64,000 bases of DNA. It comes from Candidatus Limnocylindria bacterium. GTDB lineage: Bacteria; Chloroflexota; Limnocylindria; P2-11E. The stretch lies in the NCBI GenBank assembly GCA_035651155.1, contig DASRGG010000028.1, forward strand, positions 55,041 through 119,040. The letters are read 5' to 3'. Below, in pieces: positions 51,551-61,914 of this stretch; positions within the stretch are counted from its first letter, which is position 1, and the number at the start of each line of letters is the position of its first letter. Position numbers and translations under genes: made by a program. Below the pieces are notes generated by a model. The model saw only the letters and a list, made by a program, of their open reading frames with translations, ran no database searches and had not been told where the DNA came from.

Positions 51551-51922
51551 GTGTCGGACCTGAAGCGCGCGCGCTTCGCGCGGCTCGTCCGGCGCGCGCT
51601 CGACGATCTGCCGCCGCGATTCCGCGACCGCATGCGCAACATCGAGATCGTCATCGACGACGAGCCATCGGAGGAACAGCGGCCGAAGGACGGCGGGGAG
51701 CTCCTCGGCCTGTACGAGGGCGTCCCCCTCACGGGGCGCGCGTCGATGGAGCCCTACGTGCCCGACCGCATCAGCATCTTCCGCGGACCGATCGAGCGGA
51801 TGAGCTCGTCGCCGCGGACGCAGGCGGCCATCGTGCGCGACACCGTGGTCCACGAGATCGCGCACCACTTCGGGATCAGCGACGACCGGCTCCGCGAGCT
51901 CGGTCGGGGTGACGCCGAGTAG
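51551..51922 (+). CDS. Zincin-like metallopeptidase domain protein (HExxH)
   Basis: The GTG at 51551 is preceded by a GGAGATGGAG ribosome-binding site. The C-terminus has VVHEIAHHFGISDD. The upstream 67 aa of ORF 51350..51922 are R/P-rich noise. Confidence 0.5.
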   Translation: MSDLKRARFARLVRRALDDLPPRFRDRMRNIEIVIDDEPSEEQRPKDGGELLGLYEGVPLTGRASMEPYVPDRISIFRGPIERMSSSPRTQAAIVRDTVVHEIAHHFGISDDRLRELGRGDAE

Positions 51923-51924
51923 CG

Positions 51925-52167
51925 CTACGGCCGGTCGAGGCGCAGCCCGATCTCGAGAAGACCGACCCGCGCGACCGGGGGCACGCTCCGCATCCCGTCG
52001 ATGTCGGCCGTCGCGAGGGCCGTGAACGCCCGCGCCCGCTCGTCGTCGCGCGCGGCGATCGCATCGAGCATGGCGGGCGCGAGCTGGCGCATGAGCGCTT
52101 CGTACGCCCGGATGTCGCCCTGCCTCGCGCCGCTCGAGCGGGCGGCCTCGTCGACGACCTGCCGCAT
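51925..52167 (-). CDS. Hypothetical small protein (80 aa)
   Basis: An ORF downstream of rpe on the same strand, with A/R-rich composition. It may be a frame artifact. Confidence 0.2.
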   Translation of the reverse strand: MRQVVDEAARSSGARQGDIRAYEALMRQLAPAMLDAIAARDDERARAFTALATADIDGMRSVPPVARVGLLEIGLRLDRP

Positions 52168-52269
52168 GATCGGCGGCGTCGCGGCGCGCAGGATCGCGGA
52201 GAGCGCGAGCCGGGGATCGTCGATGTCCGCGGGCGGCGCTATTGAAGCGCACCGCGGGATCGGCGTGGC

Positions 52270-52932
<663 letters not shown>

Positions 52933-52967
52933 GCTGGCATCATGCGTCGAGCACGCCTCGAGGAGAA

Positions 52968-54194
52968 ATGCCCGTGTATCGTCCCCAGAACCTGCGGATC
53001 CCGGGACCCACCGTCGTCCCCCAGACCGTCCTCGCAGCATCCGCGCGCCCGATGATCAACCATCGCGGTCCCGAGTTCGCGGCATTGCTCGCCGCGCTCA
53101 CGCGCGCGCTCCAGGATTTCCTGCGCACGCAGGGCGACGTCCTCACGCTGACGTCGTCCGGCTCCGGCGCGATGGAGGCGGCCGTCGCGAACACGCTGTC
53201 GCGCGGCGACAAGGTCCTCGTGTTCATCAACGGCTCGTTCGGCGAGCGCTTCGCCGCGATCTGCAAGGCCTACGGCGTGGACGCCCGGCGCGTCGACGTT
53301 CCGCTCGGCCGCGCGGTCGAGCCCGATCTCGTGCGCGAGGAGCTCGCGAAGGAGAAGGGCAAGGACGGCGCGAAAGCGGTCCTGATCCAGCACAACGAGA
53401 CCTCGACCGGCGTGCTCAACCCGATCAAAGAGATCTCCGACGTCGTCCGCGAGTCCGGGAAGCTCTTCATCGTCGACAGCATCTCGGGCGCCGGCGCCGC
53501 CGAGCTCGAGATCGACGAATGGGGCATCGACGTCTGCGTCACCGGATCCCAGAAGGCCTGGGGCGCGCCTCCCGGCGTCTCGATCATCACGATGAGCGAG
53601 CGCGCGTGGAAGGCGTACGAGAAGAGCGATCTGCCCAAGGCGTACTTCGACCTCGCGTCGTACAAGGCCTCGCTCGAGAAGGGCGCGACCCCGGCGACGC
53701 CGGCGGTCAGCGTGTACATCGCCCTGCAGGAAAGCCTGCGCCTCATGGCCGAGGAGGGTCTCGAGGCCATCCTCCGCCGCCACCGCGACATCGCGCGCGC
53801 GACGCGCCGTGGCATCCAGGCGGTGAACCTCGCGCTCTTCGCCGACGAGGCGCACGCGTCGCCCGCCGTCACCGCGTTCCGTCCGCCGACGCGGGTGGAC
53901 GCGCGCAACCTCATCCGCGTACTGCGCGACGACTACGACACGATCGTCGCGGGCGGCCAGGGCAAGCTCGAGGGGCAGCTCCTGCGCGTCGGGCATCTTG
54001 GCTTCGTGACGATGACAGACATGGTCGCGTTCTTCAGCGCGCTCGAGCTCGCGCTCCGCGACTTCAACCAGCCGGTCGAGCCGGGCCAGGCAATCGCGGC
54101 GGCGCTCCGTTCGTACGCGGAGTCCAGCGCGCAGCCGGCGCGTCCGGGCTCGCGACCGCTGTCAAAGCCTGAGGCCGTTGGGAGCCGTCGCTAG
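52968..54194 (+). CDS. Class V aminotransferase (phosphoserine / serine-glyoxylate aminotransferase family)
   Basis: MPVYRPQNLRIPGPTVVPQ...TGSQKAWGAPPG (PLP lysine). AGGAGA ribosome-binding site. The start could be the ATG at 52968 or the GTG at 52974. Confidence 0.85.
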   Translation: MPVYRPQNLRIPGPTVVPQTVLAASARPMINHRGPEFAALLAALTRALQDFLRTQGDVLTLTSSGSGAMEAAVANTLSRGDKVLVFINGSFGERFAAICKAYGVDARRVDVPLGRAVEPDLVREELAKEKGKDGAKAVLIQHNETSTGVLNPIKEISDVVRESGKLFIVDSISGAGAAELEIDEWGIDVCVTGSQKAWGAPPGVSIITMSERAWKAYEKSDLPKAYFDLASYKASLEKGATPATPAVSVYIALQESLRLMAEEGLEAILRRHRDIARATRRGIQAVNLALFADEAHASPAVTAFRPPTRVDARNLIRVLRDDYDTIVAGGQGKLEGQLLRVGHLGFVTMTDMVAFFSALELALRDFNQPVEPGQAIAAALRSYAESSAQPARPGSRPLSKPEAVGSRR

Positions 54195-54237
54195 CGCCGA
54201 CCTGACTCGCCAGAGCGGGCGCCGGAGTCTGCCCGTC

Positions 54238-55797
54238 GTGCACGTCGCGGATCCGCTGGCTGAGGACGGCCTCGTGCTGCTGCGCGAGCGCTGCGACGTC
54301 CGCGTCACGCACGGCCTGAAGGAGGCAGAGCTCGCTCCCCTCCTCGCGGACGTGGACGCGCTCATCGTCCGCAGCGAGACGAAGGTGACCGCCTCGCTCA
54401 TGGATCGCGCGCCGCGACTCGCCGTCGTCGGCCGCGCGGGGGTCGGCGTCGACAACATCGACGTGCCGGCGGCCACGGAGCGCGGGGTCTACGTCGTGAA
54501 CGCGCCGCTCGGGAACATCGTCGCCGCGGCGGAGCACGCGATCGCGCTCGCGCTCTCGCTGCTGCGGAACATCCCCGAGGCGGATCGCAGCGTGCGCGCG
54601 GGCGAATGGAAGCGTGCGAAGCTCATGGGCCGCGAGCTCCGCGGCAAGACGCTCGGCCTCATCGGCATCGGGCGCGTCGGCTCCGAGGTCGCGCGCCGGG
54701 CGGCCGCATTCGAGATGAAGGTCATCGCGCACGACCCGTACGCGACGGAGGCCAGCGCGCGCGCCGCGGGCGCGACGCTCGTCGAGCTCGACGAGGTCCT
54801 GGCGCGCGCCGACGTGATCAGCCTCCACACGCCGCTCACCGACAAGACGCGCGGGATGATCGATGCCGCCGCGCTCGCGAAGATGAAGCCGAGCGCGATC
54901 CTCGTGAACGCGTCGCGTGGCGAGGTCGTCGATCCGCGGGCGCTCGCGGACGCGCTCGCCGCGGGCACGATCGCGGGCGCGGCGCTCGACGTGTTCCCAA
55001 GCGAGCCCCTCCCCGCGGATTCGCCGCTGCGCGGCGCGCCGCACACGGTGCTCACGCCGCACATCGCCGGCTCGACCACCGAGGCGCAGGTGAACGTGGC
55101 CGTCGACGTCGTGCGTCAGATCCTGGACATCCTCGACGGCAAGCCGGCCCGGTTCGCGGTGAACGCGCCGCGGCCGCCCGCCGACGAGGCCGGAGGGAGC
55201 GCGTGGGTGCGGCTCGCGGAGCGGCTCGGCAGCCTCGCCGCGCAGCTCCTCGACGAGCGGCCCGGCGGCATCGAGCTGCACTACGCGGGCGCGCTGCTGG
55301 AGCTCGATCCCGAGCCGCTCCGCGCGGCGGTCGTGAAGGGACTGCTCGAGACGTTCAGCGAGCAGCGCGTGAACCTCGTGAACGCGCTGCAGATCGCGCG
55401 CTCCCGCGGCCTCGACATCGCCGAGCGCCGCGAGACCGAGGCCGCCCGATACCGCGCGCTCCTCACCGTGCGCGTGGGCAGCACCGAGGTCGCCGGCACG
55501 CTCGTGCAGGGCGAGCCGCGCATCGTGTACATCGACGGCTTCTGGGTCGACGTGCCGGTCGAGGGTCATCTCCTCCTCACGAAGCACCAGGACAAGCCCG
55601 GACTCGTCGGGCGCGTCGGCACGCTCCTCGGACAGCACGACGTGAACATCTCGTCGATGCAGGTCGGCCGGCTTCACCCGCGCGGTGAGGCGCTCATGAT
55701 CCTCACGCTCGACGATCCGGTGCCCGACGACGTCCGCGCGCGCATCGGCGCGTTCCCCGACGTCGACCGCGTGCGCACGGCCAAGCTCGGGAGCTAG
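54238..55797 (+). CDS. serA: D-3-phosphoglycerate dehydrogenase with a C-terminal ACT domain
   Basis: GLIGIGRVGSEVARRA (NAD-binding), ...HIAGST..., ACT domain at the C-terminus. The start is GTG at 54238 (HVADPLAEDGLVLL) or the ORF ATG at 54178. Confidence 0.88.
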   Translation: MHVADPLAEDGLVLLRERCDVRVTHGLKEAELAPLLADVDALIVRSETKVTASLMDRAPRLAVVGRAGVGVDNIDVPAATERGVYVVNAPLGNIVAAAEHAIALALSLLRNIPEADRSVRAGEWKRAKLMGRELRGKTLGLIGIGRVGSEVARRAAAFEMKVIAHDPYATEASARAAGATLVELDEVLARADVISLHTPLTDKTRGMIDAAALAKMKPSAILVNASRGEVVDPRALADALAAGTIAGAALDVFPSEPLPADSPLRGAPHTVLTPHIAGSTTEAQVNVAVDVVRQILDILDGKPARFAVNAPRPPADEAGGSAWVRLAERLGSLAAQLLDERPGGIELHYAGALLELDPEPLRAAVVKGLLETFSEQRVNLVNALQIARSRGLDIAERRETEAARYRALLTVRVGSTEVAGTLVQGEPRIVYIDGFWVDVPVEGHLLLTKHQDKPGLVGRVGTLLGQHDVNISSMQVGRLHPRGEALMILTLDDPVPDDVRARIGAFPDVDRVRTAKLGS

Positions 55798-56438
55798 GCC
55801 GACCCCGACCGGCGCAGCATCGCGAGCGCGATCGCCTGGACGATGAGCACCGTGGCCGTCGCGATCGCGAACGTCGCGACGGTCCCCAGCGTTTCGAGGG
55901 CGAGCGCGACCACGAGGAAGAACGCGGTGAATCCGAACAGACCGTTCACCAGGCCGCGCATGATCTCGCTCGCGTCGGCGTGCCCGCCGTGCCGCTCCGC
56001 GAAGACCGCGAGCACGCTCGCGTAGAGCGGGAAGCTCGCCACCACCGCGCTGCCGTACGGGCCGAGCGCCGGTGCGACGAAGGTGATCACGAGGACGAGG
56101 CCGGTCGTGACGACGACCCGCAGCGGAAGGTCCCACGCGGGCGCCGCGCGCGCCGGCCGCGCTGAGGGGGGCTCGCAACGGGGCACGAGCCGTCTCGCGA
56201 CGAGCAGGACGACGATCATGGCGATCGCGAGCGGCAGCGGTCCGACGTCGAGAGGAGCGAGCGCGACGCCCGCGATGACGTAGGCGGCGCTGGCCGCGCC
56301 GAGGGCGAGGGGCCAGCCGCGCTCGACATGGGCATACACGATCGCGAAGGCGCATTCTGCGGCGACGATCGCGATCGAGCCGCGCGCCGCGGCGGCCGCG
56401 AACGGCAGGCCATGGTCGAGCGCGAGAAAGAGCGACAC
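55794..56438 (-). CDS. Polytopic membrane protein, hypothetical (about 6 TM helices)
   Basis: 214 aa, strongly hydrophobic. It converges on serA and shares a CTAG stop with it. Confidence 0.45.
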   Translation of the reverse strand: MSLFLALDHGLPFAAAAARGSIAIVAAECAFAIVYAHVERGWPLALGAASAAYVIAGVALAPLDVGPLPLAIAMIVVLLVARRLVPRCEPPSARPARAAPAWDLPLRVVVTTGLVLVITFVAPALGPYGSAVVASFPLYASVLAVFAERHGGHADASEIMRGLVNGLFGFTAFFLVVALALETLGTVATFAIATATVLIVQAIALAMLRRSGSA

Positions 56439-56686
56439 GGGCGCCGACGTGAACGGGAACGCGATCAGCCATCCCGCGATCGATTGGCCGAAGCGCCTGC
56501 CCAGCAGGGTCGCGAACGCGATGAGCGCGGGCGTGAGGAGGAGCTTGAGCGGCAGGGTATCGATCGTCCGGAGGGTACCGCGGCTACGGCCGCGGCGCGG
56601 CGCTGCAACGCGACGAAAGAGGTCTCGCCGCCGGCGCCGTACCCCTCCCGCGAGAGGGACCTTCGCGCAACCGGTACAGTCGAGAC

Positions 56687-57007
56687 ATGGAAGCCGCGCG
56701 ATTCGAGCGCAACCTCCGGACCGAGTCCAGCGAGATCTTCACGATCTACGGCGGCGCCCGCCGCATCGGCCGCGTCGACCTCCACTACGGCCGCTTCGAG
56801 GTGCACGCCACGCTCCTGCTCGACGTCACGCTCACCGACGACGAGCTGCAGCAGCTCATCGACCAGCTCGACGAGGAGCTCGTGCAGACGCACGACCCGG
56901 AGCGCGAGGACTTCCTGGTGACCGTCTTCAAGGCCGAGGAGCTCGGCTTCTACTCCGACGAATTCGAGTCGGAGGAGGACGAGGAGGACGACGAGGAGGA
57001 CCGGTAG
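56687..57007 (+). CDS. Small acidic hypothetical protein (106 aa)
   Basis: MEAARFERNLRTESSEIFTIYGGARRIGRVDLHYGRFEVHATLLLDVTLTDDELQQLIDQLDEE... with a poly-acidic tail. The composition is atypical for GC-driven noise. Confidence 0.45.
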   Translation: MEAARFERNLRTESSEIFTIYGGARRIGRVDLHYGRFEVHATLLLDVTLTDDELQQLIDQLDEELVQTHDPEREDFLVTVFKAEELGFYSDEFESEEDEEDDEEDR

Positions 57008-57839
57008 GTCTCGCGGAACCCGGTCTCCAGGTCGCGCGGGGCGTCGCCGAGCTCGGCGCGCGCGCGCGCGTCGGTCGCCCAGAACGTCACGCCCTTCGCC
57101 GATGTGACGATCTCGCGGAGCCGCGGCACGATCAGGGCCGCCGCCTCGAGTGGCGCGTAGGGCACGCGGAAGCGCGGCGGCCTCCGACCGACGACCCGCC
57201 CGAGGGTGCCGAAGGCCTGCGCCACGCGCGCGATCTCGCCACCCAGCACGCAGCTGCGGCCGGCCTGCCCGCGGTCCAGCGCGAGAACGATGCCCGCGGC
57301 GACGTCGCCCACGAAGGTGAGGGACCGTAGACCTGACCGGGCTGCGCGATGGTGATCGGTAAGCCGCGCGCGATGAGCCGGTCGGCGATCTCGTGCGCGC
57401 GGGAACGTGGTCTCCTCGTAGTACGACGCGTAGGCGGGCCCGCTCCGCCGGTAGCTCTCGTCGACCACGCGCCCGTGCGTGTCGCCGAAGACCGCGATCG
57501 TGGACACGTACACCATCCGGCCGACGCCCGCGTCGCCCGCGAGCGACAGCACGCGCTCGGTGCCGCGCACGTTGGCGTCGAACATCGCGCGCCGCCGCGG
57601 CGCGGTGAGGGCGATCTCGTACGTCGCCGCTCCGTGGATGACGGCGTCGGCCCCGCGCATCGCGCGACGCATGCCCTGCTCGTCCGCGAGGTCCCCGCGC
57701 TCGAGCTGCGCCCCCGCGATCGCGCGCGCGCGCGCGATGGGTCGCGGACGAGCGCGCGCACCTCGTCACCGCGCGCGAGCAGCAGCCGCGCGACCGTCCC
57801 CATGACACACCCGGTCGCGCCGGTCATGAAGATCCGCAT
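56950..57839 (-). pseudogene. NAD-dependent epimerase/dehydratase (SDR) family gene disrupted by at least 3 frameshifts
   Basis: Homologous segments alternate between two frames. MRIFMTGATGCVMGTVARLL is in the frame of ORF 57132..58163. GADAVIHGAAT...VYVSTIAVFG...YEETT is in the frame of ORF 56950..57672. EIADRLIARGLPITIAQPGQVYGP is back in the first frame. TFVGDVAAGIVLAL...LREIV returns to the second. Confidence 0.5.
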
Positions 57840-57861
57840 GCGCGGAGGGTAGTCGGGAGGT

Positions 57862-58308
57862 CTACCGCGCCACGTCGGCGACGGCCGCGCCGCTCGCGCG
57901 CACCAGCTCGGCCGGCGCGATCGGGAACACCGCGTCCGGCAGTCCGGCGGCCGCCCAGACCTCGTCGAAGGCGAGCAGCCCGCGGTCGCAGACGACGTCG
58001 CACGCGCGCGCGTGACCGAACGGCGGCACGCCGCCGATCGCGAATCCAGTGGCGTCCTTGGCCTCGCTCGCCGTCGCGCGACGGACCGCGCCCACGCCGA
58101 GCGCCGCGGCGAGCTTGCCTTCGTCGACGCGCGACGCTCCCGAACACAGGACGACCGCGACACGGTCGGCCGCGACGAACACGAGCGACTTCACGATCCG
58201 GTCGACGCTCGTGCCGATCTCGCGCGCCGCGTCCTGCGCCGTGCGCGTGCTCGCGCCGAAGCGCGTCACGCGGAGGTCGATGCCGTGCTCGGCGGCGTGC
58301 GCTCGCAC
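57862..58308 (-). CDS. ybaK: YbaK/ProX-type aminoacyl-tRNA deacylase
   Basis: C-terminal 148-162 aa of ORF 57862..60603 (AFDEVWAAAG...GFAIGGVPPFGH). The start is uncertain, and a GTG at about 58308 was chosen. The rest of that ORF is frame noise overlapping the TgpA-like gene. Confidence 0.6.
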   Translation of the reverse strand: MRAHAAEHGIDLRVTRFGASTRTAQDAAREIGTSVDRIVKSLVFVAADRVAVVLCSGASRVDEGKLAAALGVGAVRRATASEAKDATGFAIGGVPPFGHARACDVVCDRGLLAFDEVWAAAGLPDAVFPIAPAELVRASGAAVADVAR

Positions 58309-58346
58309 GCGCGCGACGTTGGCGTGCTCGGTCGCGGCGTCGATGG

Positions 58347-60698
58347 CTAGCGGGAGAGCCGCGCCACGAACGACACGAGGCGCGCAGGGACGAGGGCGAG
58401 GAGCGTCTTCGCCAGCCGTCGCCAGGCGGCGAGCGCCTTCCGCGTGTCGTCGGGGCTCGCGCCCGCGGCGGTGTAGCGATCGCGCACGCGTGCCTCGGCG
58501 ATGTCGCGGATGGGCGATCGCGCCTCGGGCACGGCGTCGCCGAGCATCGCGGCGTACTCGTACGTCGTCTGCGTCGGATCGGGGTGGTACCCCGCGTACG
58601 ACGCGAGGAGCCGCGCCTTGCCCCACGCGGCGTCGATGGGTGCCTGGCCGCGGAAGCGCATCTGGAACCGCGTGAACGCGAGCAGCGCGATCGCGAGCAG
58701 CCCGAAGAGGACGGCGATGAGCGGGGCCGGGTCGAACCGCTGGAAGGTCGCGTCGGCCGCGCCGCCGTCGGCACCCGGATCGAGATCCTGCTGGCCGAGG
58801 CCCTCGCTCTCGCCACGCTGGGTGCGCGGGTTGTCCGGGTCGTTGATGGACTGGTCGCCCGTGTCGCCCGGCAGCGTCCCGCCACTGGCGAGGTCGGAGT
58901 CGACGCGGAGGATCGGCGCCTGCGACGGCGTCGGCTCGAATTCGATCCATCCGTAGGCCGGGAAGTAGGCCTCGACCCACGCGTGCGCGTCCAGCTCCTT
59001 CACCACGTACTTGCCGGTGACCGGGTCGAGCGTGCCGGTCGTATACCCCTCGACGACGCGGGCCGGCACGCCCATCTCGCGGAGCATGAGCGTCATGGAC
59101 GAGGCGAAGTACTCGCAAAAGTCCTCTTTCAGATCGAAGAGGAAGTAATCGACCGGGTCGCGCCCGGGAGGCGGCGCCTTCACCCGCGGCGCGTAGTGGT
59201 ACGTCGTGCGCAGGTACGATTCGATGGTCTCCGCGACGTCGTACGGATCCGGTTGGCCCGCGGTGACCTTGTGCGCGAGCTCGCGCACGCGCTGCGGCAA
59301 CGTCGACGGGATCTGCAGGTACTTCTGCCGGATGTACTCGGGATAGACCGTCGCGGCCTTTCGGAGGACGGCCTTGTCGGTGACCGGCACGAACGACGTC
59401 ACGGTGTAGCGCTGCGACGCGTCGCCGCTCCGCACCGAGCGGAGCGAGGTCGAGTACGTGCGATCGGCGCCCGTCTGGAACTGCGCCGGGATCGTCGCCT
59501 TCACCGGCTCGTTCGCCCCGAAGAGCAGGCCCTGCATCGGCACCTGGATCTCGAACGTCGCGTCGAAGCGCTCCCGGCCGAGCGTCGGCGGCGTGACCTT
59601 GTCCACCCTCTCGGTCTCGGTGGAGCGCCAGCCGTTGCCGGTGTAGAAGTCGTAGGAGATCGCCCGCCAGAAATGACCGCTCGGCGCGTCGACGGTCATC
59701 ACGACGCGATCGGACAGGTTCGGCGACTGGCCGAGACGGATGGAGTCGGTGAACGAAACGCCGCGCAGCCGGCTCGGTCCGGAGACGCCGGCGAAGAACC
59801 GCTGCCACTCCGACTCGACCGTGTGATACGGCGACTCGAACACGCTGTAGGCGCTGTTCAGGACCTCGGCGGCGCCGACGCGCGGCGTGAAGAAGGCCAT
59901 GATCACGAGCACGAGCGCCCAGGTCAGGCCGCCGCGGAGCAGACGCCAGTCCATCTCGCCGCTCGGGACGATGTTGTAGCGCTGCCAGCGGTCCTGCAGC
60001 GCGACGATGTGGAGACGCACGAGCAGCACGAGCGAGCCGAGCGTGAACACCACGAGGTCGGCGAGCAGGTTCGTGAGCGCCATGGACACGTTCACGACGA
60101 GGCAGAAGCCCACGAAGACGAGCGCGTCCCACGGACGGCCGGTGCGCGTGAGCGCGAACGTCCCCACGAACGCCGCCGCCCAGACGGTCGCGCCGAGGAA
60201 CAGGATGAACACGGTCGGATCGGTCGCGGCCTCGCCGGCGAGCACCTGGGTGAGCCAGTTGTTCACGTTGATCGCGAGCGCGACGAGCTTCTCGCGGAGG
60301 ATCGTGCCCTCCGTCGCGATCGCCGTGGAGATCACGATCGCGATCGCGCCGAGCACGCCGGCGAGCAGCACCGAGCGGCGCGTGCTCATGCGCGTGTTGC
60401 CCACGAGCATCCCCGCGACGACGCCGAGGATCGCCAGCCAGGTGAGGTGCTCCGACGTCCTCACCCACTCGGCCTGCTCGAGCGAGAGCGGGTAGATGAG
60501 CACGAGCAGCAGGTAGATCGGCAGCGCGAAGAGACCCCCGCGGAAGCGAAGACGCCGGCGGGAGATCGGCGGGAAGAGCGCGTGCAGGGTGCGCCCGAGC
60601 CACGCCGTGAGCGCGGTCAGCCGCGGATCGGTGGAACGCGCGCGAGGAGGGGCGTCGCCCCGACGAGCGGGCACGCTACGCGACCGCGCCCGTCGCAT
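58347..60698 (-). CDS. Transglutaminase-like (TgpA-type) membrane protein
   Basis: Multi-TM N-terminal domain (LFALPIYLLLVLIY...), then a transglutaminase core with catalytic Cys in DFCEYFASSMTLMLREMGVPARVVEGY, then a C-terminal TM and domain. The start is the ATG at 60698, overlapping the DUF58 3' end, or the GTG at 60674, 1 nt after its stop. Confidence 0.8.
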   Translation of the reverse strand: MRRARSRSVPARRGDAPPRARSTDPRLTALTAWLGRTLHALFPPISRRRLRFRGGLFALPIYLLLVLIYPLSLEQAEWVRTSEHLTWLAILGVVAGMLVGNTRMSTRRSVLLAGVLGAIAIVISTAIATEGTILREKLVALAINVNNWLTQVLAGEAATDPTVFILFLGATVWAAAFVGTFALTRTGRPWDALVFVGFCLVVNVSMALTNLLADLVVFTLGSLVLLVRLHIVALQDRWQRYNIVPSGEMDWRLLRGGLTWALVLVIMAFFTPRVGAAEVLNSAYSVFESPYHTVESEWQRFFAGVSGPSRLRGVSFTDSIRLGQSPNLSDRVVMTVDAPSGHFWRAISYDFYTGNGWRSTETERVDKVTPPTLGRERFDATFEIQVPMQGLLFGANEPVKATIPAQFQTGADRTYSTSLRSVRSGDASQRYTVTSFVPVTDKAVLRKAATVYPEYIRQKYLQIPSTLPQRVRELAHKVTAGQPDPYDVAETIESYLRTTYHYAPRVKAPPPGRDPVDYFLFDLKEDFCEYFASSMTLMLREMGVPARVVEGYTTGTLDPVTGKYVVKELDAHAWVEAYFPAYGWIEFEPTPSQAPILRVDSDLASGGTLPGDTGDQSINDPDNPRTQRGESEGLGQQDLDPGADGGAADATFQRFDPAPLIAVLFGLLAIALLAFTRFQMRFRGQAPIDAAWGKARLLASYAGYHPDPTQTTYEYAAMLGDAVPEARSPIRDIAEARVRDRYTAAGASPDDTRKALAAWRRLAKTLLALVPARLVSFVARLSR

Positions 60699-61887
60699 CG
60701 TGGAAGATGTCGCTGATCGAGGCACCGGGCGCGAGGAACGTCGAGCGCACGCCGGCGATGGCGAGCTCGCCGAAGAGCTGATCGCGCCGAGCGCGGTCGC
60801 GTCCGTCGCCCACCGTCGGCGCGCCCACGACGACGGCCTGCGTCGCGATCGAGGCTTCCCGCAGCGTGCTTGCCGGGCGCACCCACCCACGATCGAGGGA
60901 CGGCGTGACGAGGATGCAGGCGGACCCGCGACGGAGCCGGGGCAGCGTCTCCACCAGGGTCTCCGCGAGCGTCCGCGAGCCGGCGATGCGCACCTCCGCG
61001 AGGTACTGCATGAGCTTGCCGAATTGCTTCGTGCCGCGGTCGGGCTGGAAGACCTCCGCCCGGGCGCCGCTCGTGATGAGCCCGACGTTGCGGTGCTCGC
61101 GCAGCGCCTTCGACACGATCGACGCGGCGACGGTCACGGAGCGCTCCTCGGTGGAGTCCTCGCCATCGCCGCGATGCCAGTGGCGCTCGAGATCGAGGCA
61201 GATCCAGAGGTCGGCCGTCTTGTCGAGCTCGAACTCCTTCACGTGCAGCGTGCGGTGCCGCACCGAGGACGGCCAGTGGATGCGATTCATGGCGTCGCCC
61301 GAGCGGTACTCGCGGATGCCCATGACCATCGAGGTCGACTGCAGGCTCCGCTGCCCCGTCAGCACGCCTCCCTCGAGCACCGAGCCCGGCAGCTGCCAGT
61401 GCGGCAGCGGCACGACGCGCGGGTACACGAGGAGCAGCGCCTCGGTGGCGACGCGTGCCTCGCGCGGGAAGAGGCCGAACGGATCTCCCGAGCGCAGGAC
61501 GATGGGACCGAGCTTGTAGCGACCGCGGCGGATCGCCTTCGCGAGGACCTTCCACCTGCGCGTCTTTCCGCCGCCGCCGATCGAGAGCACCCGCCCGGGC
61601 AGCGGCTCGGGCCAGTTCGACTCCTCGCTGATCTCGAGCCAGAGCTTCCCGAACGACGAGCTGTTCTTCAGCTCGTAGATGAGCTCGCAGGTGTCGCCGA
61701 GGTGGGCGTAGGTTTGGGAGATCGTTCGCGTGATCGAAAGGCCGTCGAGCGTGAGGCGCGCCTGGATCCACATCGCGACGCCGACGAAGAGCAGCAGGTA
61801 CGCGAGGTAGCTGAGGAGCTCGACGCCGGTCGACGCGGCGACCAGGAAGAGCCCGATCCAGAGGACCGCGAAATGCCAGCTCTTCAT
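60676..61887 (-). CDS. DUF58 (vWA-like) protein, a MoxR partner
   Basis: 403 aa with two N-terminal TM helices (MKSWHFAVLWIGLFLVAASTG...YLAYLLLFVGVAMWI), then a DUF58-like region (...GIREYRSGDAMNRIHWPSS...LWICLD). Confidence 0.75.
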   Translation of the reverse strand: MKSWHFAVLWIGLFLVAASTGVELLSYLAYLLLFVGVAMWIQARLTLDGLSITRTISQTYAHLGDTCELIYELKNSSSFGKLWLEISEESNWPEPLPGRVLSIGGGGKTRRWKVLAKAIRRGRYKLGPIVLRSGDPFGLFPREARVATEALLLVYPRVVPLPHWQLPGSVLEGGVLTGQRSLQSTSMVMGIREYRSGDAMNRIHWPSSVRHRTLHVKEFELDKTADLWICLDLERHWHRGDGEDSTEERSVTVAASIVSKALREHRNVGLITSGARAEVFQPDRGTKQFGKLMQYLAEVRIAGSRTLAETLVETLPRLRRGSACILVTPSLDRGWVRPASTLREASIATQAVVVGAPTVGDGRDRARRDQLFGELAIAGVRSTFLAPGASISDIFHDATGAVA

Positions 61888-61914
61888 CTCACGACGCCCC
61901 GTCCATGGGCGCCG

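Noticed and set aside
57132-58163. 343-aa ORF called as an intact gene
   Set aside because: Only short segments are epimerase-like, interleaved with segments in another frame. I treated it as part of a frameshifted pseudogene.
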